This document shows, piece by piece, positions 53,764-64,000 of a stretch of 64,000 nucleotides of DNA. Both the position numbers and the translations under genes were made by a program. The notes beneath the pieces were generated by a model. It was given only the letters and a program-made list of their open reading frames with translations. It did no database searches and had not been told where the DNA came from. The DNA comes from Propionicicella sp. (GTDB lineage: Bacteria > Actinomycetota > Actinomycetes > Propionibacteriales > Propionibacteriaceae), in assembly GCA_039811865.1 (NCBI GenBank), contig JBDHZK010000001.1:21323-85322 (forward strand). Reading direction: 5' to 3'. Position 1 is the first letter of the stretch. Each line of letters starts with the position of its first letter.

Positions 53764-54858
53764 ATGGTTCACGTCGTGCTGGCCGGTGGTGGCACCGCCG
53801 GCCATACCTCGCCTCTGATCGCTACCGCCGAGCGGTTGCGCGAACTCGTGCCGGACGTCGATCTGGTCGTGATCGGTACGCCGAAGGGGCTTGAGTCGCG
53901 GGTGATCCCCGCGGCCGGCCTGCGGCTTGAGCAGATCCCGCCCGTGCCGCTGCCGCGCTCCCTCAAGCCGGAGTTGTTCGCCGTGCCGGGACGGCTGTTG
54001 GCGTCCGTGCGCGAGGCGCGGCGGATCATCCAGAACCATCGTGCGGACGTGGTCGTCGGATTCGGCGGCTACGTGTCGCTGCCCGCCTACCTGGCCGCGC
54101 GGCAACAGCGGGTGCCGATCGTCGTCCACGAGGGCAACGCCGTGCCTGGTCTGGCCAACCGGATCGCCGCGCGCTTCACGCCCCACGTGGCCGTGTCGTT
54201 TCCCAAGACCCCGCTGCGCCACGCTCGCTACCTGGGACTCCCTGTCCGAGCGGGAATCGCCCGGCTGGACCGGGCCGCCGCGCGGGCCGCCGCGCGCGCT
54301 CAGTTCGACCTTGATCCCGCGCTGCCGACGCTACTTGTCAGCGGAGGATCCCAAGGTGCCCGAAGCATCAACCTGGCCACCGAGATCGCTTTGCCCGACC
54401 TGCTGGCGCGCGGCGTCCAGGTGCTGCATGTGCTTGGCCCCAAGAACTTCGCCGACGCGCCCGAGCCGCAGAACGATCCGGCCACCGGGGCGCGCTACCG
54501 GCCCGTGGCCTATGTCGCGAAGATGGAGGACGCCTACGCCGCGGCCGATCTCATGCTCGGGCGATCCGGGGCCGGAACGGTTGTGGAAACCGCCGTGGTC
54601 GGCCTACCCGTGGTCTTCGTGCCCCTGCCCCACGGCAACGGCGAGCAGGCGCGCAACGCCGACGCGCTCGTCGCCGCCGGCGCTTCCAGGCTCGTGCCGG
54701 ACTCCCACCTGACCGGGGCGCGGTTGCTGGCCGAGGTGTTCCCGCTGGTGACCGATGCTCCCGCACTGGCCGCCATGACCGCGGCCGGGCACGATCTCGT
54801 CCCAAGCGACGCCGCCGGAGCGCTGGCACACCTGATCCTCGACGCGGCGGGCCGATAG
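53764..54858 (+). CDS. murG: UDP-N-acetylglucosamine--N-acetylmuramyl-(pentapeptide) pyrophosphoryl-undecaprenol GlcNAc transferase
   Basis: GGGTAGH N-terminal motif, GT28 architecture, dcw position. Confidence 0.95.
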   Translation: MVHVVLAGGGTAGHTSPLIATAERLRELVPDVDLVVIGTPKGLESRVIPAAGLRLEQIPPVPLPRSLKPELFAVPGRLLASVREARRIIQNHRADVVVGFGGYVSLPAYLAARQQRVPIVVHEGNAVPGLANRIAARFTPHVAVSFPKTPLRHARYLGLPVRAGIARLDRAAARAAARAQFDLDPALPTLLVSGGSQGARSINLATEIALPDLLARGVQVLHVLGPKNFADAPEPQNDPATGARYRPVAYVAKMEDAYAAADLMLGRSGAGTVVETAVVGLPVVFVPLPHGNGEQARNADALVAAGASRLVPDSHLTGARLLAEVFPLVTDAPALAAMTAAGHDLVPSDAAGALAHLILDAAGR

Positions 54859-54860
54859 CC

Positions 54861-56300
54861 ATGCCCTTGATCACACCCGTAGAGGTGCTGCCGGCCGAGC
54901 AGCTCGGAGCGGTGCACTTCATCGCGATCGGGGGAGCGGGGATGAGCGGCATCGCGCAGCTCTTCCTCGACCGGGGGCTGGCCGTGAGCGGGAGCGACCA
55001 GGCCGATTCCCCTGCCCTGAACCAACTCCGCGAGCGGGGCGCGAGCGTGTTCGTGGGCCATGCCGCCGAGCAATTGGGCGCCGCCGAGACTGTGGTGGTA
55101 TCCAGCGCGATCCGGGAGTCCAACGTCGAACTTGCGCGGGCGCGCTCGCTGGGGCTACGGATATATCACCGCAGCGCCGCGCTTGCCTCGCTCATGATCG
55201 GTCACCGTGGCGTGGCGGTGACGGGAACCCACGGCAAGACCACTACGAGCGCGATGATCGCGCACGCGCTCACCGTGGCCGGTGCCGATCCCTCGTATGT
55301 GATCGGCTCTCCTTTGGCGTTGACCGGATCGAGTGCCCACACCGGCCGCGGACCAGCGTTCGTGGTGGAGGCCGACGAGAGCGACGGCTCCTTCCGGCAG
55401 TACCCCGCTCAGGTTGTCGTGGTTACCAATATCGAGGCCGACCATCTGGACAACTGGATCACCGAGGAGGCCTACGCCGAGGGCTTCGTCGAGCTCGCCA
55501 GCGCGAGCCAGGTCGAGTTGGTGGTCCTCAGCGCGGACGATCCCGGGACCGTTGCGCTGGCGCGACGGCTGGCGTCCAAGGCGGTCAAGGTGGTGACCTT
55601 TGGCACCGAACCAGCCGCCGACGTCCGGCTGATCGACCTTGAATTCGAGGGGACGACCGCGACCGCGCGCCTGGTGGCCGGTGATTTCACTGGCCCGCTC
55701 CGGCTGAGCGTCCCGGGCCGCTACAACCTGCTCAACGCCGCAGCCGCTTTCGTCGTCGGTCGCGAGCTAGGGATCGGCGCGGCGGAGTTGTTGGCCGCCG
55801 CGGCGACGTTCGGTGGCACTCACCGGCGCTTCGAGCACACCGCCACCGCCGCCGGCGTCCGGATCTACGACGACTACGCCCATCACCCGACGGAGGTCAG
55901 CGCCACGCTGGCGGCGGCCAGGACGGCGGCCGGTAAGGGGCGGGTCGTGGCTTGCTTCCAGCCACACCTGTTCACCCGGACGCGGGACCTTTCCGCCGAG
56001 TTTGGTGCCGCGCTGGCGCTGGCCGATCGGATCGTCGTCCTCGACATCTATCCAGCCCGGGAGGATCCGATTCCCGGGATCACGGGCAGGTTGGTCGCCG
56101 ATGCGGCGACCGCCCTCGCCGGGAGCGACCAGGTGTCCTACATCGCCGACAAGGACAATGGCGCGGAGGCACTGGCCGACATCGTCAGGCCCGGCGATCT
56201 CGTCTTGACCATCGGTGCCGGTGACGTCCATCTTCTGGGTCCGGCGTTGGCGCGGCTCCTGCAACTCCGAATGCCTCGGGCGGGTGCGCGTGCAGACTGA
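54861..56300 (+). CDS. murC: UDP-N-acetylmuramate--L-alanine ligase
   Basis: IGGAGMSGIA and VTGTHGKTTTSAM motifs. Confidence 0.95.
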   Translation: MPLITPVEVLPAEQLGAVHFIAIGGAGMSGIAQLFLDRGLAVSGSDQADSPALNQLRERGASVFVGHAAEQLGAAETVVVSSAIRESNVELARARSLGLRIYHRSAALASLMIGHRGVAVTGTHGKTTTSAMIAHALTVAGADPSYVIGSPLALTGSSAHTGRGPAFVVEADESDGSFRQYPAQVVVVTNIEADHLDNWITEEAYAEGFVELASASQVELVVLSADDPGTVALARRLASKAVKVVTFGTEPAADVRLIDLEFEGTTATARLVAGDFTGPLRLSVPGRYNLLNAAAAFVVGRELGIGAAELLAAAATFGGTHRRFEHTATAAGVRIYDDYAHHPTEVSATLAAARTAAGKGRVVACFQPHLFTRTRDLSAEFGAALALADRIVVLDIYPAREDPIPGITGRLVADAATALAGSDQVSYIADKDNGAEALADIVRPGDLVLTIGAGDVHLLGPALARLLQLRMPRAGARAD

Positions 56301-57084
56301 CTCATCGGAGCCCGCGAGCACGCGCAAGCCCAACCCCGCGCCCGCCAAGACCCACAAGGGCCGGCGCGAACGGGTTGCGGACGTTACCGGCAGGATCGAC
56401 CTTCGCCGGCGGCAGTTGCGTCGGGTCAGGCTGCGACGAGCTGGTGTGATCGCGCTCGTCTTGGTGCTGGTCGGCGCCACCGGCTGGCTGTTTGGGTTCT
56501 CGTCGGTTTTCGCTGCCCGGAAGACCTCGATCAGCGGGAGCGTCATCGTGACGTCGGACGCCGTGGCCGCGGTGGCAGGCGTCCCGCTGGGGTCGCCACT
56601 GGCCACGATCGACCCCGGCCCCATCGCCCGTCGGGTCGCCGCTTTACCCTCGGTCGCCAGTGTCACGGTCACCCGGCAATGGCCCGACACGGTCGCGATC
56701 AAGGTGACCGAGCGGGTCGCCGCGTTCGCGGTGCTGAGCCCGGTCGGCGAGTACTGGCTGACCGATGCTTCGGGGGTCATCTTTCAGACGCTCCCGGTGA
56801 ATCCCAAGGGGATGCTGGTCGCTCAGCCGGGAAGCGTGGACGTCCGGCTGCTCAAAGACATCGCGACGGTCAGCGGTGCGCTTCCCAGCGCGCTGCGAAA
56901 CCGCGTGGGCCGGGTCCTAGCGCCCACCCCGGATTCCATCTCGCTGAACCTGAACGCCGGGGTTCAAGTCATCTGGGGCAGCGCCGACCAGTCCGAGCTG
57001 AAGGGCCAGGTCGCCGCTGCGCTCCTGAAGACGAATGCCCGCGTGATCGACGTCTCGGCCCCGACCGCCCCGGTGACCCGGTGA
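56284..57084 (+). CDS. ftsQ: Cell division protein FtsQ (POTRA domain)
   Basis: Position between murC and ftsZ. Basic N-terminus, one TM (VIALVLVLVGATGWLFGF), then a POTRA-like region. Start uncertain (GTG 56284, GTG 56290 or ORF-track 56215). Confidence 0.75.
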   Translation: MRVQTDSSEPASTRKPNPAPAKTHKGRRERVADVTGRIDLRRRQLRRVRLRRAGVIALVLVLVGATGWLFGFSSVFAARKTSISGSVIVTSDAVAAVAGVPLGSPLATIDPGPIARRVAALPSVASVTVTRQWPDTVAIKVTERVAAFAVLSPVGEYWLTDASGVIFQTLPVNPKGMLVAQPGSVDVRLLKDIATVSGALPSALRNRVGRVLAPTPDSISLNLNAGVQVIWGSADQSELKGQVAAALLKTNARVIDVSAPTAPVTR

Positions 57085-57278
57085 GCGTCTCGAATCGCCT
57101 GAGTCTGAACTTGAGGTTGAGGGACACGCCGCCGTTTCAGCCGCATTTGGACACCCCCCAACGGGTTCTCATAGCCTCGGGGGCACGCGGCGTTGGGTCA
57201 GTAGCTTCCCCTTGACCCCAACCCAACTCGAAACCTGGTTCTGACAACGGCGAACGCTCCTAGCACGAAGGTACTTTG

Positions 57279-58472
57279 GTGGGAACTGCATCCCAGAATT
57301 ACTTGGCCATCATCAAGGTCGTCGGCGTCGGAGGCGGCGGCGTGAACGCTGTCAACCGGATGATCGAAGCCGGGCTGCGCGGCGTCGAGTTCATCGCGGT
57401 GAACACCGACGCGCAGGCGCTCTTGATGAGCGACGCGGACGTGAAGCTGGACATCGGACGCGAACTGACCCGGGGGCTCGGCGCCGGAGCCGACCCCGAC
57501 AAGGGCCGCCAGGCAGCCGAAGACCACTCCGATGAGATCGAGGAGGTCCTCAAGGGGGCCGACATGGTTTTCGTCACGGCCGGCGAGGGCGGTGGCACCG
57601 GCACCGGTGGCGCGCCGATCGTGGCCCGAATCGCTCGATCACTGGGCGCCTTGACGATCGGCGTCGTCACCCGGCCGTTCAGCTTCGAGGGCAGGCGACG
57701 TTCGAACCAGGCGGAGAACGGCATCGCCACGCTGCGCGATGAGGTCGACACGCTCATTGTGATCCCGAACGACAAGCTGCTTCAGATGACCGACCATCAG
57801 GTCGCGATCCTGGACGCCTTCAAGCAGGCCGACCAAGTACTGATGCAGGGCGTCTCGGGCATCACCGACCTGATCACCACTCCGGGACTGATCAACCTCG
57901 ACTTTGCCGACGTCAAGGCGGTCATGCAGAACGCCGGCTCGGCGTTGATGGGCATCGGCTCGGCCCGCGGCGAGGACCGCGCCCGGGCCGCCGCGGAGAT
58001 GGCTGTGTCGTCTCCGCTGCTGGAGGCCAGCATCGACGGGGCGCATGGCGTGCTGCTGTCCATTGCCGGTGGGTCCGATCTGGGCCTGTTCGAGGTTTCC
58101 GCCGCCGCGAACCTGATCGAGGCCGCAGCCCACGAGGACGCGAACATCATCTTCGGCACGGTGATCGACGACGCCCTCGGCGACGAGGTTCGGGTCACCG
58201 TGATCGCGGCCGGCTTCGACGGAGGGCTACCCACCCGACGCCAGCAGAGCGTCGCCAGGCAGCAGGAGCTTCGCCAGCCGGTCGGTCCGCGCCAACCAAC
58301 CCAGCCGGCACCGGCGCCGCAACCCCAGCAACAGCAACAGCCCGCTCAGCCCGTCTCGCGGCCGGTGGCGCCGTCGCCGTACGAGGGTGCGCCGTCCCCG
58401 TTCGGCGGCCCGCGGCCTCAGCGCCCACGCAGTTCCGATGACGAACTGGACATTCCAGACTTCCTCAAGTAG
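57279..58472 (+). CDS. ftsZ: Cell division GTPase FtsZ
   Basis: [22 protein letters not shown] and the tubulin signature [10 protein letters not shown], with a Pro/Gln-rich linker and C-terminal [11 protein letters not shown]. Start is GTG 57279 or TTG 57276. Confidence 0.95.
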   Translation: MGTASQNYLAIIKVVGVGGGGVNAVNRMIEAGLRGVEFIAVNTDAQALLMSDADVKLDIGRELTRGLGAGADPDKGRQAAEDHSDEIEEVLKGADMVFVTAGEGGGTGTGGAPIVARIARSLGALTIGVVTRPFSFEGRRRSNQAENGIATLRDEVDTLIVIPNDKLLQMTDHQVAILDAFKQADQVLMQGVSGITDLITTPGLINLDFADVKAVMQNAGSALMGIGSARGEDRARAAAEMAVSSPLLEASIDGAHGVLLSIAGGSDLGLFEVSAAANLIEAAAHEDANIIFGTVIDDALGDEVRVTVIAAGFDGGLPTRRQQSVARQQELRQPVGPRQPTQPAPAPQPQQQQQPAQPVSRPVAPSPYEGAPSPFGGPRPQRPRSSDDELDIPDFLK

Positions 58473-58475
58473 GCG

Positions 58476-59243
58476 ATGTTCGCCTTCCGTAACGACCCCG
58501 GCACCGATGGTGTCGGGGTCGCCTTTACCGATCGGCACGGGGGAGTCAGCCGGGGCGGGTTCGCGTCGCTGAATTTGGGCCGAACGGACGAGGACGCCCT
58601 GGCGGACGTCGCGCAGAACTTCGATCGCGTTGCAGCCGAGCTGGGGGTTGCGTCCTTGTACGTCGTGCATCAGGTGCACGGCACGCAGGTCGTGGTCGCC
58701 GGCGCCGAGGAGTTGGCAAGCTGGGGGCCGAAGTCCGCGCTCGGGGACGCCGTCCCAGGCCAACCTCGAATCGACGTGGCCGACGCGATCGTGACCGCCG
58801 AGACCGGGGTGGCCTTGTGCGTGCGAGTTGCCGACTGCCTGCCCGTCGTCTTGGCCGACCCCGCCAGTCGGGTGATCGGCGTCGCCCACGCGGGGCGCGA
58901 GGGGCTCGCTGCCGGCGTCCTACCCGAGACCGTCGAGGCCATGCGCCGCGCTGGCGCCGAGCAGATTGCGGCGTGGATCGGGCCGCACATCTGCGGTCGC
59001 TGCTACGAGGTGGGCGACGACGTGGCGGAACGGGTAGGCCGCCGCCTGCCCGAAGCGGTGGCAAAGACTGCGTGGGGCACGACCTCGCTGGATCTCGGCG
59101 CCGCCGCGATCGCTCAACTCGAGGCCCTCGAGTGCTCACTGCGCTGGGTGGGGCCGTGCACGCGTACGAGTCCCGACCTGTTCTCGCACCGCCGCGACGG
59201 CGCTCAAGCGGGCCGCCAGGCGGGTCTGGCCTGGTTGACCTGA
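58476..59243 (+). CDS. pgeF: Peptidoglycan editing factor PgeF (YfiH/laccase-domain family)
   Basis: HQVHG, ADCLPV, HAGREG and ICGRCYEV motifs. Directly after ftsZ. Confidence 0.85.
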   Translation: MFAFRNDPGTDGVGVAFTDRHGGVSRGGFASLNLGRTDEDALADVAQNFDRVAAELGVASLYVVHQVHGTQVVVAGAEELASWGPKSALGDAVPGQPRIDVADAIVTAETGVALCVRVADCLPVVLADPASRVIGVAHAGREGLAAGVLPETVEAMRRAGAEQIAAWIGPHICGRCYEVGDDVAERVGRRLPEAVAKTAWGTTSLDLGAAAIAQLEALECSLRWVGPCTRTSPDLFSHRRDGAQAGRQAGLAWLT

Positions 59244-59345
59244 TCGGCTCGATCCCGCGGCGCGTGTCGAGGGGCCGGATGCTCGGCGCGCCGCGGCTCG
59301 GACTGTAATGTCGAAGCGACTCGCCGGATAGCTGGAGGACGAACG

Positions 59346-59891
59346 ATGGCGGACAGACTGAAGAAGGCAGCCGTTTGGCTTGGCCTGATGTCGGACGGCT
59401 CCTACGACGACCCGGACGCCGAGTTGACTCAGGACTACGCCCGCACTCAGCCGCGGGACGCCCAGTCGCGCGGTCAGCAGCCCCGCGAGCGGTGGTCGCA
59501 GTCCAGCGGTCAGATCGAGGGCGAGGCATCCGTCACCACGCTGGACTCGCGGCGCGCGGCTCCGCCGGAGCCCATCGCGGCCACAGCGTCGGCGCCGGCC
59601 CCCCGCATCGCCGACCTCACCCGGATCCACACGCTGCACCCCCGGACCTACAACGAGGCCCGCACCATCGGCGAGAACTTCCGAGACGGCGTCCCGGTGA
59701 TCATGAACCTGTCCGACATGGAGGACGCGGACGCGAAGCGTCTCGTCGATTTTTCTGCCGGGCTCACCTTTGGCCTGCGTGGCACCATAGAGCGCATTAC
59801 CAGCAAGGTGTTCCTGCTGTCGCCGCAGAACGTGAACGTCGCGGCCGAGGACAAGGAGCGCATCGCCGGGGGGTTCTTCAACCAGAGCTAG
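59346..59891 (+). CDS. sepF: Cell division protein SepF
   Basis: C-terminal SepF domain ([41 protein letters not shown]). Confidence 0.85.
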   Translation: MADRLKKAAVWLGLMSDGSYDDPDAELTQDYARTQPRDAQSRGQQPRERWSQSSGQIEGEASVTTLDSRRAAPPEPIAATASAPAPRIADLTRIHTLHPRTYNEARTIGENFRDGVPVIMNLSDMEDADAKRLVDFSAGLTFGLRGTIERITSKVFLLSPQNVNVAAEDKERIAGGFFNQS

Positions 59892-59903
59892 CAGGGGGCA
59901 ATC

Positions 59904-60179
59904 GTGGGTCTGGTCCGAGCAATCGCCTACTGGGTCCTGTGGTCGTACTCGATGGTCCTCATCGGCCGAGTCATCTTGTCCTTCATCCCGCTGTTCGTTC
60001 GTGACTGGCGTCCGCGTGGGCTGATGCTGTTGATCGCCGAAACGGTCTACACCCTGACCGATCCGCCCCTGCGCTTCATCGGACGATTCGTCCCCCCATT
60101 GCGGTTGGGCTCGGTCGTTCTGGACCTCGGCGTGCTGTTGCTCTTCATGGCGTTGAGCCTCGCCATGGCGCTCGTCTGA
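59904..60179 (+). CDS. YggT/YlmG-family small membrane protein
   Basis: 91 aa, two TM helices, the LTDPPLRFIGRFVPP motif, position between sepF and divIVA. Confidence 0.8.
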   Translation: MGLVRAIAYWVLWSYSMVLIGRVILSFIPLFVRDWRPRGLMLLIAETVYTLTDPPLRFIGRFVPPLRLGSVVLDLGVLLLFMALSLAMALV

Positions 60180-60298
60180 TCCTTTGGCCAACGGCGGCGG
60201 GCAGGAGTAGCCTGGGGAACCCGGTGCCGAGCCGGGATGCGCTGTGGTTGCGCCAGTTTCGTTCTGTACATGTTCCCGAAACGGGGGGTAGGCAAGTA

Positions 60299-61192
60299 AT
60301 GACGCTCAGCTTGGACGAGGTTCGCACGACCCGATTCCACTTGGCTCGCCGAAATGGCTATGAGCCGCAGGATGTGGACACGTTCGTCGACAAGGTCGAG
60401 GCGACCATGACGCAGCTGACCGAGGAGAACGAGACCCTGCGCAAGCAGGTCGAAGCGCTGCGGGACGCTGCCCAGGCGGAGCCGGCTGCGGCTGGCGACG
60501 GTGCCGATGCCTCGTCCAGAATTGCCGAACTCGAGGCCGAGAACGCCGAGTTGCGCGGTCGTCTGGAAACGCCTGCAGAGCAGCCGGTCGAGTCCGACGA
60601 TCGGGACGCCCGCATCAGCGAGTTGGAGTTGGAGAACACCGAGCTGCACCTCCAGGTCGAGGGCCTGATGGAGACCGCCGCGGCTGCCTCCAGCCAGGCC
60701 GATGCCGGCAGTGAGCCGGCTGCCCCGCAGTCGCTCATCGTGACCACCAGCGCGGAGGCGTCCCCAGCGGTGATTCGCCTCGTCCAGTTGGCGACCGAGC
60801 AAGCCGAGCAGGTCGTCGGGGATGCCCGCGCCGAGGCGGAGCGGCTGGTGGCAGAGGCGCGCGCTCGAGGCGAGGAATCAGAAGCGCAGGCCCGGGCAGG
60901 TGCCGAGCAGTTGAAGGCGGATACGCAAAGCCGCCGGGACGAGGTCGAGGCCGAACTTGAGGCCAGGCGCGCTGAGATCCTAGGTTCCCTGGAGTCGGAC
61001 CGCGAGGCGCTGGCCGCGCACGTGGACTCGTTGAGGTCGTTCGAGGGCGACTATCGCCAGCGTCTGCGCGATCATCTGAATGAGCACATCGCCAATCTGG
61101 AGGCAGCCCGGTTCGAGCCGGAAACCGCGCCGAGCGCGCCCCCGGAGAACTCTGGAACCCCGCGCCTAGACGCGCTGCTGAATAACGAGTAG
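60299..61192 (+). CDS. divIVA: DivIVA/Wag31 polar growth and division coiled-coil protein
   Basis: Start set at ATG 60299 (MTLSLDEVRTTRFHLARRNGYEPQDVDTFVDKVE is the DivIVA N-terminal domain), followed by long coiled coils. Confidence 0.9.
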   Translation: MTLSLDEVRTTRFHLARRNGYEPQDVDTFVDKVEATMTQLTEENETLRKQVEALRDAAQAEPAAAGDGADASSRIAELEAENAELRGRLETPAEQPVESDDRDARISELELENTELHLQVEGLMETAAAASSQADAGSEPAAPQSLIVTTSAEASPAVIRLVQLATEQAEQVVGDARAEAERLVAEARARGEESEAQARAGAEQLKADTQSRRDEVEAELEARRAEILGSLESDREALAAHVDSLRSFEGDYRQRLRDHLNEHIANLEAARFEPETAPSAPPENSGTPRLDALLNNE

Positions 61193-61206
61193 CACTGACC
61201 TTTGCG

Positions 61207-61238
61207 AAAGCCGCCCCCAGCACAGTGGGGGCGGCTTT
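61207..61238 (+). terminator. Intrinsic terminator after divIVA
   Basis: AAAGCCGCCCCC-agcacagt-GGGGGCGGCTTT, a 12-bp stem, followed by a moderately T-rich tail. Confidence 0.6.
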
Positions 61239-61331
61239 CCTCGTTCGTACGCTTTTGGTAACCCGGGCGCCAGTGCGTTTTTGCCCGGTGGTACTGTGCG
61301 GACCTCAAACCGCAACTCAAAGGAGTGGCCG

Positions 61332-61772
61332 ATGCCTTCGGCTCGCAAACCAGCGGCCTCGGCCGATCCTGAGGAGGACCAGGTGATCCCGGTCCTTCCT
61401 GGTGAGGACCCCTGGACGCCGGAGGAGCTCGCGGAGATCCGTGAGGAGTTACACGAGGAGGCCGCCCGGATGCGCCACGCGATCGGCGTAGCCGAAGCCG
61501 AGCTGGTCGGGCTATTGCGCGACACGGCCGAGGGCGCCGGGCGCGACCCGGCGGACGTGGGGTCGTCCAACTTCGAACGCGATCAGGAGATGTCGCTGGC
61601 TCACAATGCCCGCGAGATGCTGGATCAGGTCCAGTTGGCCTTGCGGATGTTGGACAACGGCCAATACGGCAGTTGCGAGTCCTGCGGACGTCCGATCGGC
61701 AAGGCTCGGCTTCAAGTCTTTCCCCGGGCGACGATGTGCGTGGCCTGCAAGCAGCGCGAGGAACGGCGATAG
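61332..61772 (+). CDS. DksA/TraR-family C4 zinc-finger protein
   Basis: AAGGAG RBS before ATG 61332. Coiled-coil region, then CESCGRPIGKARLQVFPRATMCVACKQ. Confidence 0.75.
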   Translation: MPSARKPAASADPEEDQVIPVLPGEDPWTPEELAEIREELHEEAARMRHAIGVAEAELVGLLRDTAEGAGRDPADVGSSNFERDQEMSLAHNAREMLDQVQLALRMLDNGQYGSCESCGRPIGKARLQVFPRATMCVACKQREERR

Positions 61773-61777
61773 CGGCG

Positions 61778-62377
61778 GTGCCTCGCCCCGACGCGGTCAT
61801 CCCCGCAGCGCGGGCTCGTTGGCTGATCGGGGCGATCGCAATCCTGGGCTACGCGTTGGACCAGGGGTCAAAGGCCGCTGTGCTGGCTTGGCTGGATCCT
61901 CAGGATCCTGTTCGGCTACTTGGTGGCCTCCTCACGTTCCGGTTGGTCTTCAACCCCGGGGCGGCATTCAGCCTGGGCGAGAACCTCACGGTGGGTCTCA
62001 CTTGTCTGGCTATCGGCGCGCTGGCATTCGTGCTGCTGTGGATGTCGCCCAGGGTGCGGAACCGACTCTGGGCCGTCGCCACCGGATTGCTGGCCTGCGG
62101 CATCGCCGGGAACCTCACGGATCGCCTCTTTCGGCCGCCCGGTCCCTTTCGCGGTGAGGTCGTCGATTTCATTTCGCTGCCCTACTTCGCGATCTTCAAC
62201 GTCGCCGACATGTGCTTGGTTGCGGCGGTCGTCGTGATCATCGCCAACTCCTTCTTCTCCCCGGTCACGATGGCGGGCGCCCGAGTGGCGCCCGAGGGCG
62301 AGCGTCCTGACTCCCGGGGCGGAGTCAAGGAAGTGGATGCGGAGGGCACGAAGGACGTCGGGTCCGAACGATCATGA
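61778..62377 (+). CDS. lspA: Lipoprotein signal peptidase (signal peptidase II)
   Basis: Start set at GTG 61778. NPGAAFS, GNLTDRL, VVDFI and FNVADM motifs. Confidence 0.85.
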   Translation: MPRPDAVIPAARARWLIGAIAILGYALDQGSKAAVLAWLDPQDPVRLLGGLLTFRLVFNPGAAFSLGENLTVGLTCLAIGALAFVLLWMSPRVRNRLWAVATGLLACGIAGNLTDRLFRPPGPFRGEVVDFISLPYFAIFNVADMCLVAAVVVIIANSFFSPVTMAGARVAPEGERPDSRGGVKEVDAEGTKDVGSERS

Positions 62378-63294
62378 CCGCCATCCACCTGGTTCCAGAT
62401 GGGTTGGCGGGCGAGCGGGTGGACACGGCCGCGTCCCGGATGACTGGGCTGAGTCGTTCCCGCATCGCTGAGTTGGCTGCCCAGGGTGGTGTTCGGGTTG
62501 ATGGGTTGCCGGTCGGTAAGTCGGACAGGATTCGGGGGGGTGCGCTCCTCGAGGTCGACGTCGAGTCCGTCCCGGTGGCGCGAGTGGTTCCCGCAGCGGT
62601 GGCGGGGATGAAGATCGTCCACGACGACCCGGACATCGTGGTGGTCGACAAGCCCCCAGGGGTAGCGGCGCACCCGTCCCTTGGTTGGGAGGGTCCGTCG
62701 GTGGTCGAACACTTGGCCGCAGCGGGCTTCCGAATCTCAACGTCGGGAGCGGCCGAGCGGCAGGGGATCGTGCAGCGGCTGGACGTCGGCACGTCCGGCC
62801 TGATGGTGGTCGCCAAGAGCGAGCCCGCCTACACGGCGTTGAAGCGGGCGTTTCGCGATCGCGAGGTGGCCAAGGTCTACCAGGCGCTGGCGCAGGGGCA
62901 CCCCGACCCCTTTGTGGGCACGATCGATGCGCCCATCGGCCGTCATCCCGGAGCCGAGTACAAGATGGCGGTGGTCTCGGGGGGACGGCATGCGGTCACG
63001 CACTACGAGACGATCGAGGCGCTTCGCCACCTGACTCTGCTGAAGATCCGGCTCGAAACCGGGCGCACCCACCAGATCAGGGTGCACCTGGCGGCCATCG
63101 GGCACCCCTGCGCCGGCGACCCGACCTACGGACCGAATCCGCCACTCGCGCAAAAGCTGGGCCTGGACAGGCAGTGGCTGCACGCTTGTGAGCTCGGCTT
63201 CACGCATCCGGCGACTGGTCGACATGTGTCGTTCACCTCCGATTCCCCAGATGATCTGAAATGGGCGCTGGAGGTGGCCAAGGGCCTGAAATAG
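62374..63294 (+). CDS. rluD: RluA/RluD-family 23S rRNA pseudouridine synthase
   Basis: N-terminal S4-like domain, catalytic HRLD-type block ([11 protein letters not shown]), KVYQALAQG and [15 protein letters not shown] overlap with the lspA stop. Confidence 0.85.
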   Translation: MTAIHLVPDGLAGERVDTAASRMTGLSRSRIAELAAQGGVRVDGLPVGKSDRIRGGALLEVDVESVPVARVVPAAVAGMKIVHDDPDIVVVDKPPGVAAHPSLGWEGPSVVEHLAAAGFRISTSGAAERQGIVQRLDVGTSGLMVVAKSEPAYTALKRAFRDREVAKVYQALAQGHPDPFVGTIDAPIGRHPGAEYKMAVVSGGRHAVTHYETIEALRHLTLLKIRLETGRTHQIRVHLAAIGHPCAGDPTYGPNPPLAQKLGLDRQWLHACELGFTHPATGRHVSFTSDSPDDLKWALEVAKGLK

Positions 63295-63330
63295 CCCTGA
63301 GTACCGACGATGCCGGACTAGGGTTTGGGT

Positions 63331-64000
63331 GTGCGTAGAGCAAAGATCGTTTGCACGCTCGGGCCGGCCACCGACACGCTGGAGAAAGTCACGCAGCTGG
63401 TCGAGGCGGGAGCCGACGTTTTCCGACTGAACATGAGCCACGGTGATCACGCCGATCACGCCCGAAGGCTCCAGATCGTCCGCGAAGCAGGACGGGCCTG
63501 CAATCGCACGGTCGCCGTCTTCGCGGACCTGCAAGGACCGAAGATTCGGCTCGGCCGGTTCGCGGACGGACCGTGCATCCTTGAAGACGGTGTCGAGTTC
63601 ACGATCACCACCGACGACTGCCCCGGGGACGTCCACAGGGTCTCCACCACTCTCAAGACACTTCCCGAGGACGTCAAGGTTGGCGACACGATCCTCGTCG
63701 ACGACGGCAAGATCCAACTCACGGCGACCGCCGTGAGCGATACCGACGTAACTACGCAGGTGGTTGTCGGTGGCCCGGTCAGCAATAACAAGGGCATCAA
63801 CCTGCCCGGCGTTGCGGTCAGCGTCCCCGCCCTGAGCGAAAAGGACACCGACGACCTGCGGTGGGCACTGCGCAACGGTGTCGACATGATCGCCTTGTCG
63901 TTCGTGCGCTCCGCCGAGGACATCGACGCCGTCCACGCCGTGATGTCGGAAGAGGGCCGGACGCTGCCGGTCATCGGCAAGCTCGAGAAGCCGCAGGCGC
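63331..64000 (+). CDS. pyk: Pyruvate kinase, N-terminal part (continues beyond the right window edge)
   Basis: Own translation from GTG 63331: VRRAKIVCTLGPATDTLEKVTQLVEAGADVFRLNMSHGDHADH...FADLQGPKIRLG...NNKGINLPG...LSEKD. Absent from the ORF track because there is no stop in the window. Confidence 0.9.
   Translation, partial: MRRAKIVCTLGPATDTLEKVTQLVEAGADVFRLNMSHGDHADHARRLQIVREAGRACNRTVAVFADLQGPKIRLGRFADGPCILEDGVEFTITTDDCPGDVHRVSTTLKTLPEDVKVGDTILVDDGKIQLTATAVSDTDVTTQVVVGGPVSNNKGINLPGVAVSVPALSEKDTDDLRWALRNGVDMIALSFVRSAEDIDAVHAVMSEEGRTLPVIGKLEKPQA

Noticed and set aside
1-64000. tRNA, rRNA, CRISPR arrays, transposases/integrases, prophage or classic defence-island genes.
   Set aside because: I found none on visual scanning of both strands. 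The window reads as conserved core chromosome. A tRNA or small RNA could still be missed without covariance-model tools.

Overview
High-GC (about 70%) actinobacterial chromosomal segment made almost entirely of core genes in tight operons, many with overlapping stop/start codons. All product calls come from motif recognition by eye, because no searches could be run.

Gene content, left to right:
- Respiratory genes ctaE-qcrC-qcrA on the minus strand (qcrA runs off the left edge), then a ctaG-like gene, an orphan receiver-domain gene and trpD.
- An orphan prepilin peptidase plus hypotheticals.
- Cyclophilin, a DEDD-exonuclease/GIY-YIG fusion, an NlpC/P60 endopeptidase, a GT4 glycosyltransferase, and PlsC coupled to a HisKA_3 kinase and a NarL-type regulator.
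- Class II DAHP synthase, threonine aldolase, and a PASTA Ser/Thr kinase.
- A thiE-like gene coupled to a secreted RNase Sa-like/barstar pair.
- Polyprenyl synthase, metF, and a HelD-like helicase.
- An SOS-box-fronted cassette of small protein, HEPN protein, oversized dnaE2 and dinB (31.0-37.4 kb).
- DUF3040, then a MoxR-DUF58-transglutaminase triad.
- A complete dcw cluster, mraZ-rsmH-ftsL-ftsI-murE-murF-mraY-murD-ftsW-murG-murC-ftsQ-ftsZ-pgeF-sepF-yggT-divIVA (42.8-61.2 kb).
- A dksA/traR-like gene, lspA, an rluD-like gene and the 5' part of pyk.

From memory, the order is syntenic with the M. tuberculosis Rv2145c-Rv2196 region and the Streptomyces dcw-proximal region. I saw no rRNA, tRNA, CRISPR array, transposase or integrase.

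The most unusual locus is the LexA-box-controlled four-gene polymerase cassette. It has no imuA'/imuB in the window, a small ORF that looks like a free-standing ImuB C-terminal domain, a HEPN protein that keeps an Rx5H motif, and a DnaE2 carrying a clamp-binding-like QLPLDLWG motif inside a lineage-specific insertion.

Other non-coding signals:
- A phased GTGGAG repeat array upstream of mraZ.
- A long hairpin between mraZ and rsmH, consistent with the mraW RNA motif.
- A strand-specific 15-bp leader hairpin in front of the SOS cassette.

Most other long ORFs in the six-frame track are alternative-frame or antisense artefacts typical of high-GC DNA.
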